DNA of 63,311 nt, filler included, from Octopus bimaculoides (Eukaryota): NCBI RefSeq assembly GCF_001194135.2. It is 7 parts of 6 records of this genome, joined end to end, with 100 filler letters (N's around TTAATTAATTAA, not from the genome) between each part and the next. Parts side by side here need not be neighbours in the genome. Positions count along the whole stretch, not along the records: positions 3,176 to 26,084 come from NC_068984.1; 6 more parts are not named here. One strand, written 5' to 3'. Within the stretch, counting starts at the first letter, position 1, and every line of letters begins with the position of its first letter. Both the position numbers and the translations under genes were made by a program. A model generated the notes under the pieces. That model was not told the origin of the DNA. It saw only the letters and a program-made list of their open reading frames with translations, and made no database searches. This document shows positions 12,001 to 23,266 of the stretch, piece by piece.

Positions 12001-13179
12001 TAACTTTGATCCATCAGGTTTGATTTGAGGCTAAACAACAATAAAAAGGGCAAAACTTTTAAAAACAAATAAAAAAGCTTAATATATAATGAGGCTTCGA
12101 AAGTGCAGAAAGATATGTTGATTTCGTAAGAAAACAAAAAAAAGACATTACAGATAGCAACACAGCAATAAAAATAGCAATAAAAATCGATAAGTAAGAA
12201 CTTGGTTAGAAATAAAATTATATAAAACGTGAAAAAGAAGATTGAGTTTTCTTGGAACTGATTATGTCAAAACGTATACCCACCTGGGACTGATCAACTT
12301 CGGTTTGAAAATAAGTGAAGGATTGATAGCAATGCAGAACCAGTGGTTTCCTCATACGTCACTAGATATCGCTATTATTGTCACATGGTGATAGCAGAAT
12401 CGGTAGTGCGTCGAAAATGTGTGGTTGGCAGAACTTTCCTGAGAAGCTAAAGAAACTTCCTCCTGCTTGTTAAAGTGAAACGAACAATATAGTCTACATA
12501 ACTGTTATACTTTATGATATTTTATGCATGACATTAGGGTTAAACGGTTCGATGTTTTATACAGTATATTATTGAATTTTACGTTCTGAGTTCAAATCGT
12601 GTCGAGATTCTTCTGAGATCGATAAAAAATTCAAAAACCAGTGATTAATATCTATATCTATAAATAGCAGGATGTGTGTGTGTGTGTGTGTGTACGTGAA
12701 TGTACTTTATGCTCGTCCACAAATTAACACGCATGTCACTCCAATTTTAGGAGGACATTGGTCACGACCATGGCTGTGCTTTTGGCAACTTATTTTTCCC
12801 GAGGCTCCCCCGGATAGCAGTAAAAATAGCTTTTCAACCATAACTTTTACCAATTTTCACGTCGGTGAAATCCGTAAGTTTGCTAACATGAGTTAAGTCC
12901 CCTGTCTTATAGATTAATTCACCCTACTACAATGTCTCCGAAAAAATATTAGATTTGGACTACCTAAGCAATCTCAGCGCAGGAAAAGAGAAAGAGCTGA
13001 AGAGACTGGCTATCAGCAAACCCATTAGTAAAATATAATTTTTTTGGCTGAAACCTGGCAATAAGAGCTTGCCGATATTCCGCTACAAAAATTCAATAAT
13101 ATTGAAGCAGTCATTTTCATAAATCAGGGTGTAATTTTTGAAGACTCTTTCTGAAACCAGAAATACGACGAGTATTTCT

Positions 13180-13531
13180 GATAGTATTCACTATAGGGTG
13201 AACCTGGAGCCATTGTGGTTCGGAAACAAGCTACTTACCACACATCCACGCCTGTGCCAATATGAAAAATATGATGCATTAGTTAGCAATACAAACACAC
13301 ATCCACACACACAAACACACACACACACATAGATATATACGACGGGCTTCTTTCAGTTTCCGTCAGCTAAATCCACTCACAAGGCTTTGGTCGACCCGAA
13401 GCCATAGCAGAAAACTATTGTCCAAGACGCCACGCAGTAGGACTGAACCTGGAACCATGTGGTTGGGAAGCAAGCTTCTCACCATACAGTCACGCCTGTG
13501 CCTATATGAATGATATGATGCAGTAATTAGC

Positions 13532-13587
<56 letters not shown>

Positions 13588-14070
13588 NNNNNNNNNNNNN
13601 NNNNNNNNNNNNNNNNNNNNNNNNNNNNNNNNNNNNNNNNNNNNNNNNNNNNNNNNNNNNNNNNNNNNNNNNNNNNNNNNNNNNNNNNNNNNNNNNNNNN
13701 NNNNNNNNNNNNNNNNNNNNNNNNNNNNNNNNNNNNNNNNNNNNNNNNNNNNNNNNNNNNNNNNNNNNNNNNNNNNNNNNNNNNNNNNNNNNNNNNNNNN
13801 NNNNNNNNNNNNNNNNNNNNNNNNNNNNNNNNNNNNNNNNNNNNNNNNNNNNNNNNNNNNNNNNNNNNNNNNNNNNNNNNNNNNNNNNNNNNNNNNNNAT
13901 ATATATATATATATATACATATATACGACGGGCTTCTTTCAGTTTCCGTCTACCAAATCCACTCATAAGACTTTGGTCGGCCTGAGGCTATAGTAAAAGA
14001 CACTTGCCCAAAGTGCCACGCAGCCATGTGGTTGGTAAGCAAGCTACTTACCACACAGCCACTCCTACGC
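13180..14070 (-). mobile_element. Three tandem SINE-A 5' parts (13180-13258, 13338-13503, 13925-14070)
   Basis: Repeated gaacctggaaccatgtggttg...cttaccac...acgcctgtgcc; the first two share the flank tatga..atatgatgca.ta.ttagcaa. Confidence 0.75.
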
Positions 14071-14477
14071 CTTAACAGTTTCATTTCTTTAAGATATATC
14101 AAATTGGTAGATTTATGTGACATGCCATCTACCTACAAGCAATCATTCAGGCCTCAAAAGCTGCTCAGAGATACATGGCATGTTATGTATATCTGCCAAT
14201 TTATTGTATCCTAAAGCATGAAACTATTTGTAGATCCTTTGTAATATATTCTATACATGTATGCTTGTGTGAAGATATTTCATTTTCTGTTATTCGATAC
14301 TGAAGTGATGTCATTGAACTTTGCCAAATGAATGCAGTTATTTCGAATTATATATAAAAAGTGCTGAACGATGCAAAACAGCACTGACGGCGTACAAAAC
14401 TATCGATAAATTTTATTCGGATCGATTTATTGCAGAAAGAATAATGCAAATGATGCAGAAACTCTATATTAATACCA

Positions 14478-14667
14478 TTCTATAGAGAAGAGGAATTCTG
14501 TACATTATTTACATTATTTACATTGGACGGATATGTGTCCAAATCTTGTTTGTAGTTACCACAACGTTGCGGCTGATTTGCTCCCCAGCCTTCGTCAGGT
14601 GTTCTGGTGGAATTTTGAACCCAAACCTGGGTTCTCATTTCTAAGGTATTTTTTGCTGATGGTGTTG

Positions 14668-14714
<47 letters not shown>

Positions 14715-14792
14715 TATTCAAAGCACTGCCTGGAATTGAACTCGGAATCTTGGGGTTAGTAGCCCACGCTCTTAACCCCCACGCCATATGCC
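14478..14792 (-). mobile_element. tRNA-headed, hammerhead-containing non-autonomous element (left arm)
   Basis: Minus: ggcatatggcgtgggggttaag (A-box-like)...gagttcaattcc (B-box), (TAA)n, linker aataccttagaaatgagaacccagg, hammerhead, tail (aatgtaaat)n. Confidence 0.7.
14559..14603 (-). ncRNA. Type I hammerhead motif with a GAAA->GCAA core lesion
   Basis: ACAC-CUGACGA-A-GGCUG-(10 nt)-CAGCC-GCAAC-GUU-GUGG. Confidence 0.6.
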
Positions 14793-14825
14793 TGTGGGCA
14801 ATTATTGAGTGAATTTTAAGGCTTA

Positions 14826-14874
14826 TAACCCCAAGATTCCGAGTTCGATTCCAAGAAGTGATCTGGACAACAAC

Positions 14875-14939
<65 letters not shown>

Positions 14940-14956
14940 TAATAATAATAATGATG

Positions 14957-15007
<51 letters not shown>

Positions 15008-15165
15008 TCGAAAAATACTTTAGGAATGAGAACCCAGGTTCGAAATTTCCCCAAGACACCTGAAGAAGGCTTGAGGATATATCAGCTGAAACGTTGTGTT
15101 AACAACAAACAAGATGAGGACACATATCCGTCGAATGTAAATAATGTAAATAACGTAAATAATGA
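14826..15165 (+). mobile_element. tRNA-headed, hammerhead-containing non-autonomous element (right arm, A-box missing)
   Basis: taaccccaagattccgagttcgattcc (B-box 14841-14852), (TAA)n, aatactttaggaatgagaacccagg, hammerhead, aacaacaaacaagatgaggac...(aatgtaaat)n. Confidence 0.75.
15055..15100 (+). ncRNA. Minimal type I hammerhead ribozyme with canonical core
   Basis: Stem I GACAC(15055-59)/GUGUU(15096-100), core CUGAAGA(15060-66), stem II GGCU(U)GA/UCAGCU, GAAA-C(15088-92), ACGU palindromic stem III, predicted cleavage after GUU at 15095. Confidence 0.75.
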
Positions 15166-15189
15166 ACATTTGAAATTGTTTGTCACATC

Positions 15190-15516
15190 ATCCATTGGCA
15201 TACCATCAGTTACGACGACAAGGGTTCCAGTTGATCAGATCGACGGAAGAGCCTGTTCCTGAAATTAATGTGCATGTGGCTGAGCACTCCACAGACACGC
15301 GTGCGTGCCCTTCACATAGTTCTCAGGGAGATTCAGCATGATATAGAGTATGACAAAGCTGGCCCTTTGAAATACAGTTACTACTCATTTTTACCAACTG
15401 AGTGGACTGGAGTAACGTGAAATAAAATGTCTTGCTCAGGAACACAGCGCGTCGCCGAGAATTGAACTCACAACGTCACGACCATGAACCGAGTACTCTA
15501 ACCACTAAGCCACGCG
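15190..15516 (-). mobile_element. SINE family C, near full length
   Basis: Reverse complement of the 18271-18655 type: head cgcgtggcttagtggttagagtactcgg...gagttcaattc, tail gaacccttgtcgtcgtaactgatgg. Confidence 0.85.
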
Positions 15517-15829
15517 TTCCAGATCTGATATATTACTATTCAAGAAATCCAGGTTCTCCCCGAGTGTATAACTAGAGGGATTTCGGTAGTTATTAGTTGG
15601 GCATTCAGGTAGCGACGTTGTAGCTTTTTGTTTTTGGTGGTATATATAAATATATTTATATATGTGAGCACATTGATTTATACATATATGGACACATATT
15701 GATGTATAGATATATGGACACATTTATGCATACAACTTGCATTTTTGCATACATATATCTCTACACATGCACATACACATGGACACACAAACATGTAATA
15801 CTAAAATACACAAGCACTTACAATAGACT

Positions 15830-15950
15830 GATGTATTAGTATAACGCTCGGGAAATGAAAAAGTCTTTAACGTTTCGAGCCTACGCTCTTCTACAGAAAG
15901 GAACACAGAAAGAAGCAAGGAGAGAAAAAAATGTGTGTAGTGGTTAGCGA
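15830..15950 (-). mobile_element. Solo Penelope-like 3' module
   Basis: gtattagtataacgctcgggaaa...cgtttcgagcctacgctcttctacagaaag, homologous to 2380-2580 and 30632-30830. Confidence 0.65.
15865..15900 (-). ncRNA. Minimal type I hammerhead variant (core CUGUAGA, A6->U)
   Basis: CUUU-CUGUAGA-A-GAGC-GUAG-GCUC-GAAAC-GUU-AAAG; stems I and II pair perfectly. Confidence 0.65.
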
Positions 15951-15974
15951 TCTATTATGATGCATGTATGTATG

Positions 15975-16008
<34 letters not shown>

Positions 16009-16314
16009 TGTACGTATGTATGTATATATAGGTATGTGCGCGCGTGACACGCCCGCAAGTATGCAAACATCCAAATACCCTCAAACACAAAGTTGTACAA
16101 CGTAAATACACAAACTCACACACACGTCACTTTATAAAACACGTATTTTACAGATACACTTACACACTTTTACTCTCTTTAGATATATGACATATATATA
16201 TGTGTATACACATACACAAACACGCACACACACACACGCACACACACATACACACATACACACACATATATATATTTCTCTTTCATATATGACATATGTG
16301 TGTACACACACACG

Positions 16315-16350
<36 letters not shown>

Positions 16351-16949
16351 NNNNNNNNNNNNNNNNNNNNNNNNNNNNNNNNNNNNNNNNNNNNNNNNNN
16401 NNNNNNNNNNNNNNNNNNNNNNNNNNNNNNNNNNNNNNNNNNNNNNNNNNNNNNNNNNNNNNNNNNNNNNNNNNNNNNNNNNNNNNNNNNNNNNNNNNNN
16501 NNNNNNNNNNNNNNNNNNNNNNNNNNNNNNNNNNNNNNNNNNNNNNNNNNNNNNNNNNNNNNNNNNNNNNNNNNNNNNNNNNNNNNNNNNNNNNNNNNNN
16601 NNNNNNNNNNNNNNNCCACCACCAACAACAACAACAACAACAGCAACAACAGCAAGACATTTCCAAATAAAGGCAAGCAAATAACCACACAGACATGCAT
16701 CTGCGAAAACGCAGTTATTCTTTTTTTCCTTCTGCTGCTCCTCTTCCCGCCGCCCCTGGTTGTTCACCTAGACACTCTATGAAGGTAGGTAGACAGTTGT
16801 TTGAGCAAGTCCTCTCTAATTGTCACCCTTCTTCGACGCACTGGAACGCACTAATGCCCTGATTATCTCTAAGCACGTGCTGCTCTGCTTCGCCAGGCTG
16901 TTTGTCTGCTCAGTGTATTGAAAGCTAATTTCTTTATCGCCGCCGCATT

Positions 16950-17395
<446 letters not shown>

Positions 17396-17595
17396 CACAT
17401 GTTTGCATGTTTTTATATTTTTGCATACGTCTGTGTCTTTTTTGTTGTTTTTTATGTGCGTGTTAGTGCGCACGCGCGTCTTTTTGTGTGTAGTTTCTAT
17501 TAAAATGTTCATTTGTGTAATTCTGTTTATATGATTTAAAACGAATAAAGAAGGCATCGCAGTTTAAGTCACAGAATCTTTTTCTTCCACGACTA

Positions 17596-18005
17596 ATATC
17601 CATTCACCACCAGCACCACCACCAGCACTGTCATCACCACCACCACCACCACCAGCACCATCATCACCACCACCACCACCAGCACTATCATCACCACCAC
17701 CGCCACCACCACCACCAGCACTATTACCACCACCACTACCACCACCAATACTATCATCNNNNNNNNNNNNNNNNNNNNNNNNNNNNNNNNNNNNNNNNNN
17801 NNNNNNNNNNNNNNNNNNNNNNNNNNNNNNNNNNNNNNNNNNNNNNNNNNNNNNNNNNNNNNNNNNNNNNNNNNNNNNNNNNNNNNNNNNNNNNNNNNNN
17901 NNNNNNNNNCACCACCACCACCACCACCACCACTATCATCACCACCATCGCTGCTGCCGTCACCGCCACCGTTAACACAACCACATTCACCACTGCCACC
18001 GCTGC
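17596..18005. repeat. Degenerate (CAC)n/(CAT)n triplet repeat spanning a gap
   Basis: Direct reading. Confidence 0.9.
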
Positions 18006-18270
18006 CGCTGTGTGTGGGGGGCACTGTCAACTACACTCCAATCTCATACAAAAAAAAGCAACAGACAACCTCAAACATTACATTAACAGAAAACTCAACA
18101 AAACTCAACATTTAACCGCGACACAAGGAAATTGACAATAAATAAATAAATAAAAAAAACAGGCAAACAAATAAACAAATAAACCATTGAGAAGCAGAAA
18201 GCTGTCGAACATTTGTATCGTGTGTAAACCAGAAAATGTAACTGTAAAACACAATATACTGTAATTAGCA

Positions 18271-18665
18271 GCGCGTGGCTTAGTGATTAGGAGCATTCCG
18301 CTTACAATTATAAAAGTCGTGCGTTCGATTCCTTGTGTCGTGTCGTGTCCTTGAGCAAGACGCTTTATTTCATGTGGTTCCAATCCACTCAACAGGTAAA
18401 CATGAGTTGTACCTGTAATTACAAAGGGCCAGCCGAATCACATTCGGTAATGAGTTGTACCTGTAATTACAAAGGGCCAGCCGTGTCACATTCGGTGTGT
18501 CACGCTGAATCTCTCTGAGGACTACATTGAGGCTGCGCGCGTCTGTGGAGTACTCAGCGACTTGGATGTTAATTTCACGAGCAGGCTGTTCCGTTGATCG
18601 TATCAGTTGGAACACTCGTCGTCGTAACCGACGGAATACCCGACCAGCATCAACAACAAAAACAA
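18271..18665 (+). mobile_element. SINE family C, full length, with a 48-bp internal tandem duplication and (CAA)n-like tail
   Basis: A-box tggcttagtgattagg, B-box cgttcgattcc, core gtgtccttgagcaagac, unit atgagttgtacctgtaattacaaagggccagcc at 18402 and 18450. Confidence 0.85.
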
Positions 18666-19059
18666 CAAGATCAACGACGTGTCACAACAGCAACTTCAAA
18701 TATCATAGCGCCAAACAAACGATCCCTTGGATATTTCTCGAAAATCATCTGCCATAATAAACCACTCATACAAGACAGAAACAAGGCGTTGAGCTGGCAG
18801 TATCGGACAAAATGGTTTGCAGCATTTCATCCGGCTCTTTTTATTAGGAGTTCAAATTCCGCTGAGATTAACTATGCTTTTCACCATTTGAGTGTCGATA
18901 AAATAAAGGACCTTTCAAGGTTGATAAAATCGACTTGCTCCATCCCCCTAAAACCTCCAGTCTTGAACCCTGCAACGGGGATTGAACCCTGAGTGGGGAT
19001 TGTGTAACCGCGGACATTTATACACATTGGAAATCGTGTAACTGGCCGTATGAGTTCTA

Positions 19060-19355
19060 GGATTGGAGTGGCTGTGTGGTAAGTAGCTTGCTTACCAGCC
19101 ACATGGTTCTGAGTTCAATACCACTGCGTGACACCCTGGGCAAGTGTCTTCTACTATAACCTCGGGCCGACCAAAGCCTTGTGAGTGGATTTGGTAGACG
19201 GAAACNNNNNNNNNNTTACTTAGCGGTTCGGCAAAAGAAACCGATAGAATAAGTACTAGGCTTACAAAAAATAAGTCCCAAGGTCGATTTGCTCGACTAA
19301 AAGCGGTGCTCCAGCATGGCCGCAGTCAAATGACTGAAACAAGTAAAGAGTAAAA
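19060..19355 (+). mobile_element. SINE family A
   Basis: ggagtggctgtgtggtaagtagcttgcttaccagccacatggttctgagttcaatacc ... ggtgctccagcatggccgcagtcaaatgactgaaacaag. Confidence 0.9.
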
Positions 19356-19697
19356 TAACAAGGCAGGAACAGGAAATGAAAGGTACATACCTTCCACCGC
19401 GAACGCGATTTAACCCCTTCTTTCATTTGGCACTCTCAAAAACAATAGAGGAAAATCTAAAAACCGCCCCCCCCCCTCAGAGCTAAACAGAATCACAAAC
19501 ACACATATCACACGCCTAGGACTCTCAAAAGAATCATTGCATTCATCGACGTCTACATCTGTTCGTAGCAATGCTGTCGGATTCCCAGGATCTAGAAAAC
19601 TGGAAAGATTACTGCAATCCAAAAGATGACAGTCGGAGAAAATCCTAATTGAAGTAGCATCATACACACCCATTACCTTCCAATCATCATCATCATC

Positions 19698-19749
<52 letters not shown>

Positions 19750-19991
19750 CCCGAACACACACAAACGCATATATTTTTAAAATGGAATGTTTCCTTTAAA
19801 ATTGCCATCTTTAGTTTCAATATGTCTTCGACATGTTATTTTCGTCAATGAAAAATGCGCGATCACATCACAACATTGAAACATTTCTGAACCGAACCCC
19901 CCCCCCCAAAAAAAATGAAAAATAAACACAATAGAAAAAAAAAAAAAAAAAAAAAAAAGATAAAGAAAGACAAAAGATAAATTAGGAATTT

Positions 19992-20116
19992 GTCACGTGA
20001 CTGCAGCGCCAATTACAGTCCCAAATCCATTTGTTTTATGGACTTCGTATGTGTTGTCTTAATGAATTTGCTGCATATGTAAACAAATTATGAACGAAAC
20101 GGGAGAAAATGGCCGC
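19992..20116. promoter_or_regulatory. Candidate promoter/enhancer motif cluster
   Basis: Palindromic GTCACGTGAC 19992-20001, CCAAT 20009-20013, GTAAACAAA (Fox-type) 20079-20087, AAAATGGCCGC (YY1-like) 20106-20116, in non-repetitive sequence. Confidence 0.3.
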
Positions 20117-20274
20117 TGCACAGGCTACACTTAAACATCTATGCAAACAGCGCATAGTCACATAACCGTGTGTATGTGGGTGTGCACGTAACGTATGTAT
20201 GAGTGAGTGTATATATGCATATATCTTTGCATATACTTAAGCATATTTTACCATACATACATATATACATACAA

Positions 20275-20306
<32 letters not shown>

Positions 20307-20373
20307 TCATACATACATATAGACAGGCATATACATATGCATATAGATATGTGTGTATATCTGTATATTGATA

Positions 20374-20775
20374 GGGGCAGGAGTGGCTGTGTGGTAAGTA
20401 GCTTGCTTACCAATCACATAGTTCCGGGTTCATTCCCACCGCGTGGTACCTTGGGCAAGTGTCTTCTACTATACCTTCGGGCCTAGCAAAGCCTTGTGAG
20501 TAGATTTGTTAGACGGAAACTGAAGGAAGCCCGTCGTATATATGTATATATATATATATATGTATGCATGTGTATATGTTTGTGTGTCTGTGGTTGTCCT
20601 CCCAACATCGCTTGACAACCGATGTTGGTGTCTTTACGTTCGGCGGTTCGGCAAAAGAAAACGATAGAATAACTACTAAGCTTCCAAAGAATAAGTCCTG
20701 GGGTCGATTTGCTCGACTAAAGGCGGTGCTCCAGCATGGCCGCAGTCAAATGACTGAAACAAGTAAAAGTAAAAG
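20374..20775 (+). mobile_element. SINE family A, full length
   Basis: Complete head, core, (TA)/(TG) tract and 3' body; extra partial 3' body at 20845-20985. Confidence 0.9.
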
Positions 20776-21133
20776 TAAAACAAAAGTATATATACATACA
20801 CATGTATGTGTGTGTTTCTGTGTGTGTTTGAGTGAAGGTCTCCGTAACTTAGCGGTTCGGCCAAAAAGATTGATGGAATAAATACCGGTCTCAAAATATT
20901 AGCACTGGATGTTGATTTATTCGACTAATCCCTTCAAGCTGGTGCCCTAGCATGGCCGCAGTCCAGTGATTTGAAAAAGATGAAAGCTAATTAGATAAAA
21001 TGATATCTCTGGATAAGACGAATCTTTTACGAATTGGTTCATTCTCGAATGAGGAGGCCATCTTGCAAATTTACAGTTTGGAGAATAACAATGTGAGAAA
21101 GGTGTTTGCTTTGAAATGTTTATGCCGGTTTAA

Positions 21134-21583
21134 GGCGGCGAGCTGGCAGAAACGTTAGCACGCCGGGCGAAATGCTTAGTGGTATTTCGTCTGCCGCTAC
21201 GTTCTGAGCTCAAATTCAGCCGAGGTCGACTTTGCCTGTCATCCTTTCGGGATCGATAAATTAAGTACCACTTACACACTGGGGTCGATGTAATTGACTT
21301 AATCCCTTTCTCTGTCCTTGTTTGTTCCCTCTATGTTTAGCCCCTTGTGGGCAATAAAGAAATAAGAAACGTTAGCACACCGGGCGAAATGCTTAGCGGT
21401 ATTTCGTCTGCCGCTACGTTCTGAGTTCAAATTCAGCCGAGGTCGACTTTGCCTTTTATTCTTTCGGGGTCGATTAAATAAGTACCAGTTACGTACTGGG
21501 GCCGATGTAATTGACTTAATCCCTTTGTCTGTCCTTGTTTGTCCCCTCTATGTTTAGCCCCCTGTGGGCAATAAAGAAATAAA
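21134..21583 (+). mobile_element. SINE family B tandem dimer flanked by a 12-bp target-site duplication
   Basis: Two units of gaaacgttagcac.ccgggcgaaatgcttag.ggtatttcg...gagttcaaattc.gccgaggtcgactttgcc; TSD tttatgccggtt at 21119-21130 and 21586-21597. Confidence 0.9.
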
Positions 21584-21860
21584 TATTTATGCCGGTTCGC
21601 TTACCGATACGGGTTTGCTGTTTTTCGTGTGAAGCCAACGATAGAATATGTGTTTTTAGCTGGATTTCGTTTTGCATAAAAGAAACTTGAATGATGTCTG
21701 ATGAAGGATAACTATGGTTCTTCTTTGCTTGAATTGTAGGTAATTAAAATTGGTATCTATTCTTCATATACATGTACACACACACAAACTAATATGTGGA
21801 ACATACATACATACATACATGCATACATACATACATACATACGCACACACACACACACAT

Positions 21861-21904
<44 letters not shown>

Positions 21905-22471
21905 NNNNNNNNNNNNNNNNNNNNNNNNNNNNNNNNNNNNNNNNNNNNNNNNNNNNNNNNNNNNNNNNNNNNNNNNNNNNNNNNNNNNNNNNNNNNNNNN
22001 NNNNNNNNNNNNNNNNNNNNNNNNNNNNNNNNNNNNNNNNNNNNNNNNNNNNNNNNNNNNNNNNNNNNNNNNNNNNNNNNNNNNNNNNNNNNNNNNNNNN
22101 NNNNNNNNNNNNNNNNNNNNNNNNNNNNNNNNNNNNNNNNNNNNNNNNNNNNNNNNNNNNNNNNNNNNNNNNNNNNNNNNNNNNNNNNNNNNNNNNNNNN
22201 NNNNNNNNNNNNNNNNNNNNNNNNNNNNNNNNNNNNNNNNNNNNNNNNNNNNNNNNNNNNNNNNNNNNNNNNNNNNNNNNNNNNNNNNNNNNNNNNNNNN
22301 NNNNNNNNNNNNNNNNNNNNNNNNNNNNNNNNNNNNNNNNNNNNNNNNNNNNNNNNNNNNNNNNNNNNNNNNNNNNNNNNNNNNNNNNNNNAACATACAT
22401 ACATACATACATGCATACATACATACATACATACGCACACACACACACACATATATATATATATACATATA

Positions 22472-22634
22472 TACGACGGGCTTCTCTCAGCTTCCGTCTA
22501 CCAAATCCACTCACAAGGCTTTGGTCGGCCCGAGGCTATAGTAGAAGACACTTGCCCAAGATGCCACGCAGTGGGACTGAACCCGGAACCATGTGGTTGG
22601 TAAGCAAGCTACTTACCACACAGCCACTCCTGCG
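22472..22634 (-). mobile_element. SINE family A 5' half
   Basis: cgacgggcttctctcagcttccgtctacc...cttaccacacagccactcctgcg. Confidence 0.9.
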
Positions 22635-23049
22635 ATATATATTGGATTACTATGTCGTCTGCTACCCGGTTACGCTAGAGGATTTTTCTGTGATAGTTAC
22701 ACGATTCTATAAATCCATATATTACACTACAAATATAAATATATGTATGTATGTGTGTGTGTATGTATGTGATTGCGTGTGTGTGTGTTTTGAATTTGTA
22801 TATTATTCATATGGATGTGGATGATAATGTGTACGCTTCTATGAATAAATGTATGTAATATGGTGGAGTATTTTGGATCACGTATTGTATATGTATTATT
22901 CTTCATTTCAATCGCAAAGCTTCCACCATTAAGCAAGCATCATTTTGCACCTATATATATAATATATGTACATATATACATATATATATGTATATGTGTA
23001 TATATGTATGTATGTATATATATATATATATATACATCATGTAACCTCA

Positions 23050-23266
23050 TATATACATCATGTAACCTCGTGGGCATCGGTACCATTTTCCTCTTTCTCC
23101 GTTCTTCCATTCTCCGAACTTTCCATCTTTCCGACGAAGGGCTACGCCCGAAACGTCATACACCCTCTCTTTCCTTTCCTGAGCGTCCAATAATACTATC
23201 CATATCACGTCCTCACTTTGTTGTTTTTTTGTTTTTTTGTTATTGTGTTTTTGAACTATATATATA
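23050..23266 (+). mobile_element. Solo Penelope-like 3' module with hammerhead motif (23128-23160), ending at (TA)n
   Basis: CCGACGA-A-GGGC-TAC-GCCC-GAAAC-GTC (U4->C lesion); downstream cctgagcgtccaataatac; ends gaactatatata. Confidence 0.65.

Noticed and set aside
14725-14792. Functional tRNA gene
   Set aside because: A/B-box-like motifs are present but I cannot fold a convincing acceptor stem or cloverleaf; treated as a tRNA-derived head. The same applies to the SINE A, B and C heads.
19410-19820. 136-aa minus ORF as a protein
   Set aside because: Runs through (GAT)n and (GT)n tracts, no recognisable domain.
21148-21165. GAAACGTT in SINE-B heads as a hammerhead half
   Set aside because: No upstream CUGANGA in monomers or across dimer junctions.
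21134-21583. CRISPR-like or satellite array interpretation of the tandem units
   Set aside because: Units are ~220-bp SINE copies with Pol III boxes, no repeat-spacer architecture, eukaryotic context.
21696-21730. gtctgatgaaggataac as a hammerhead
   Set aside because: Only the first core half; no stem II closure or GAAAC.
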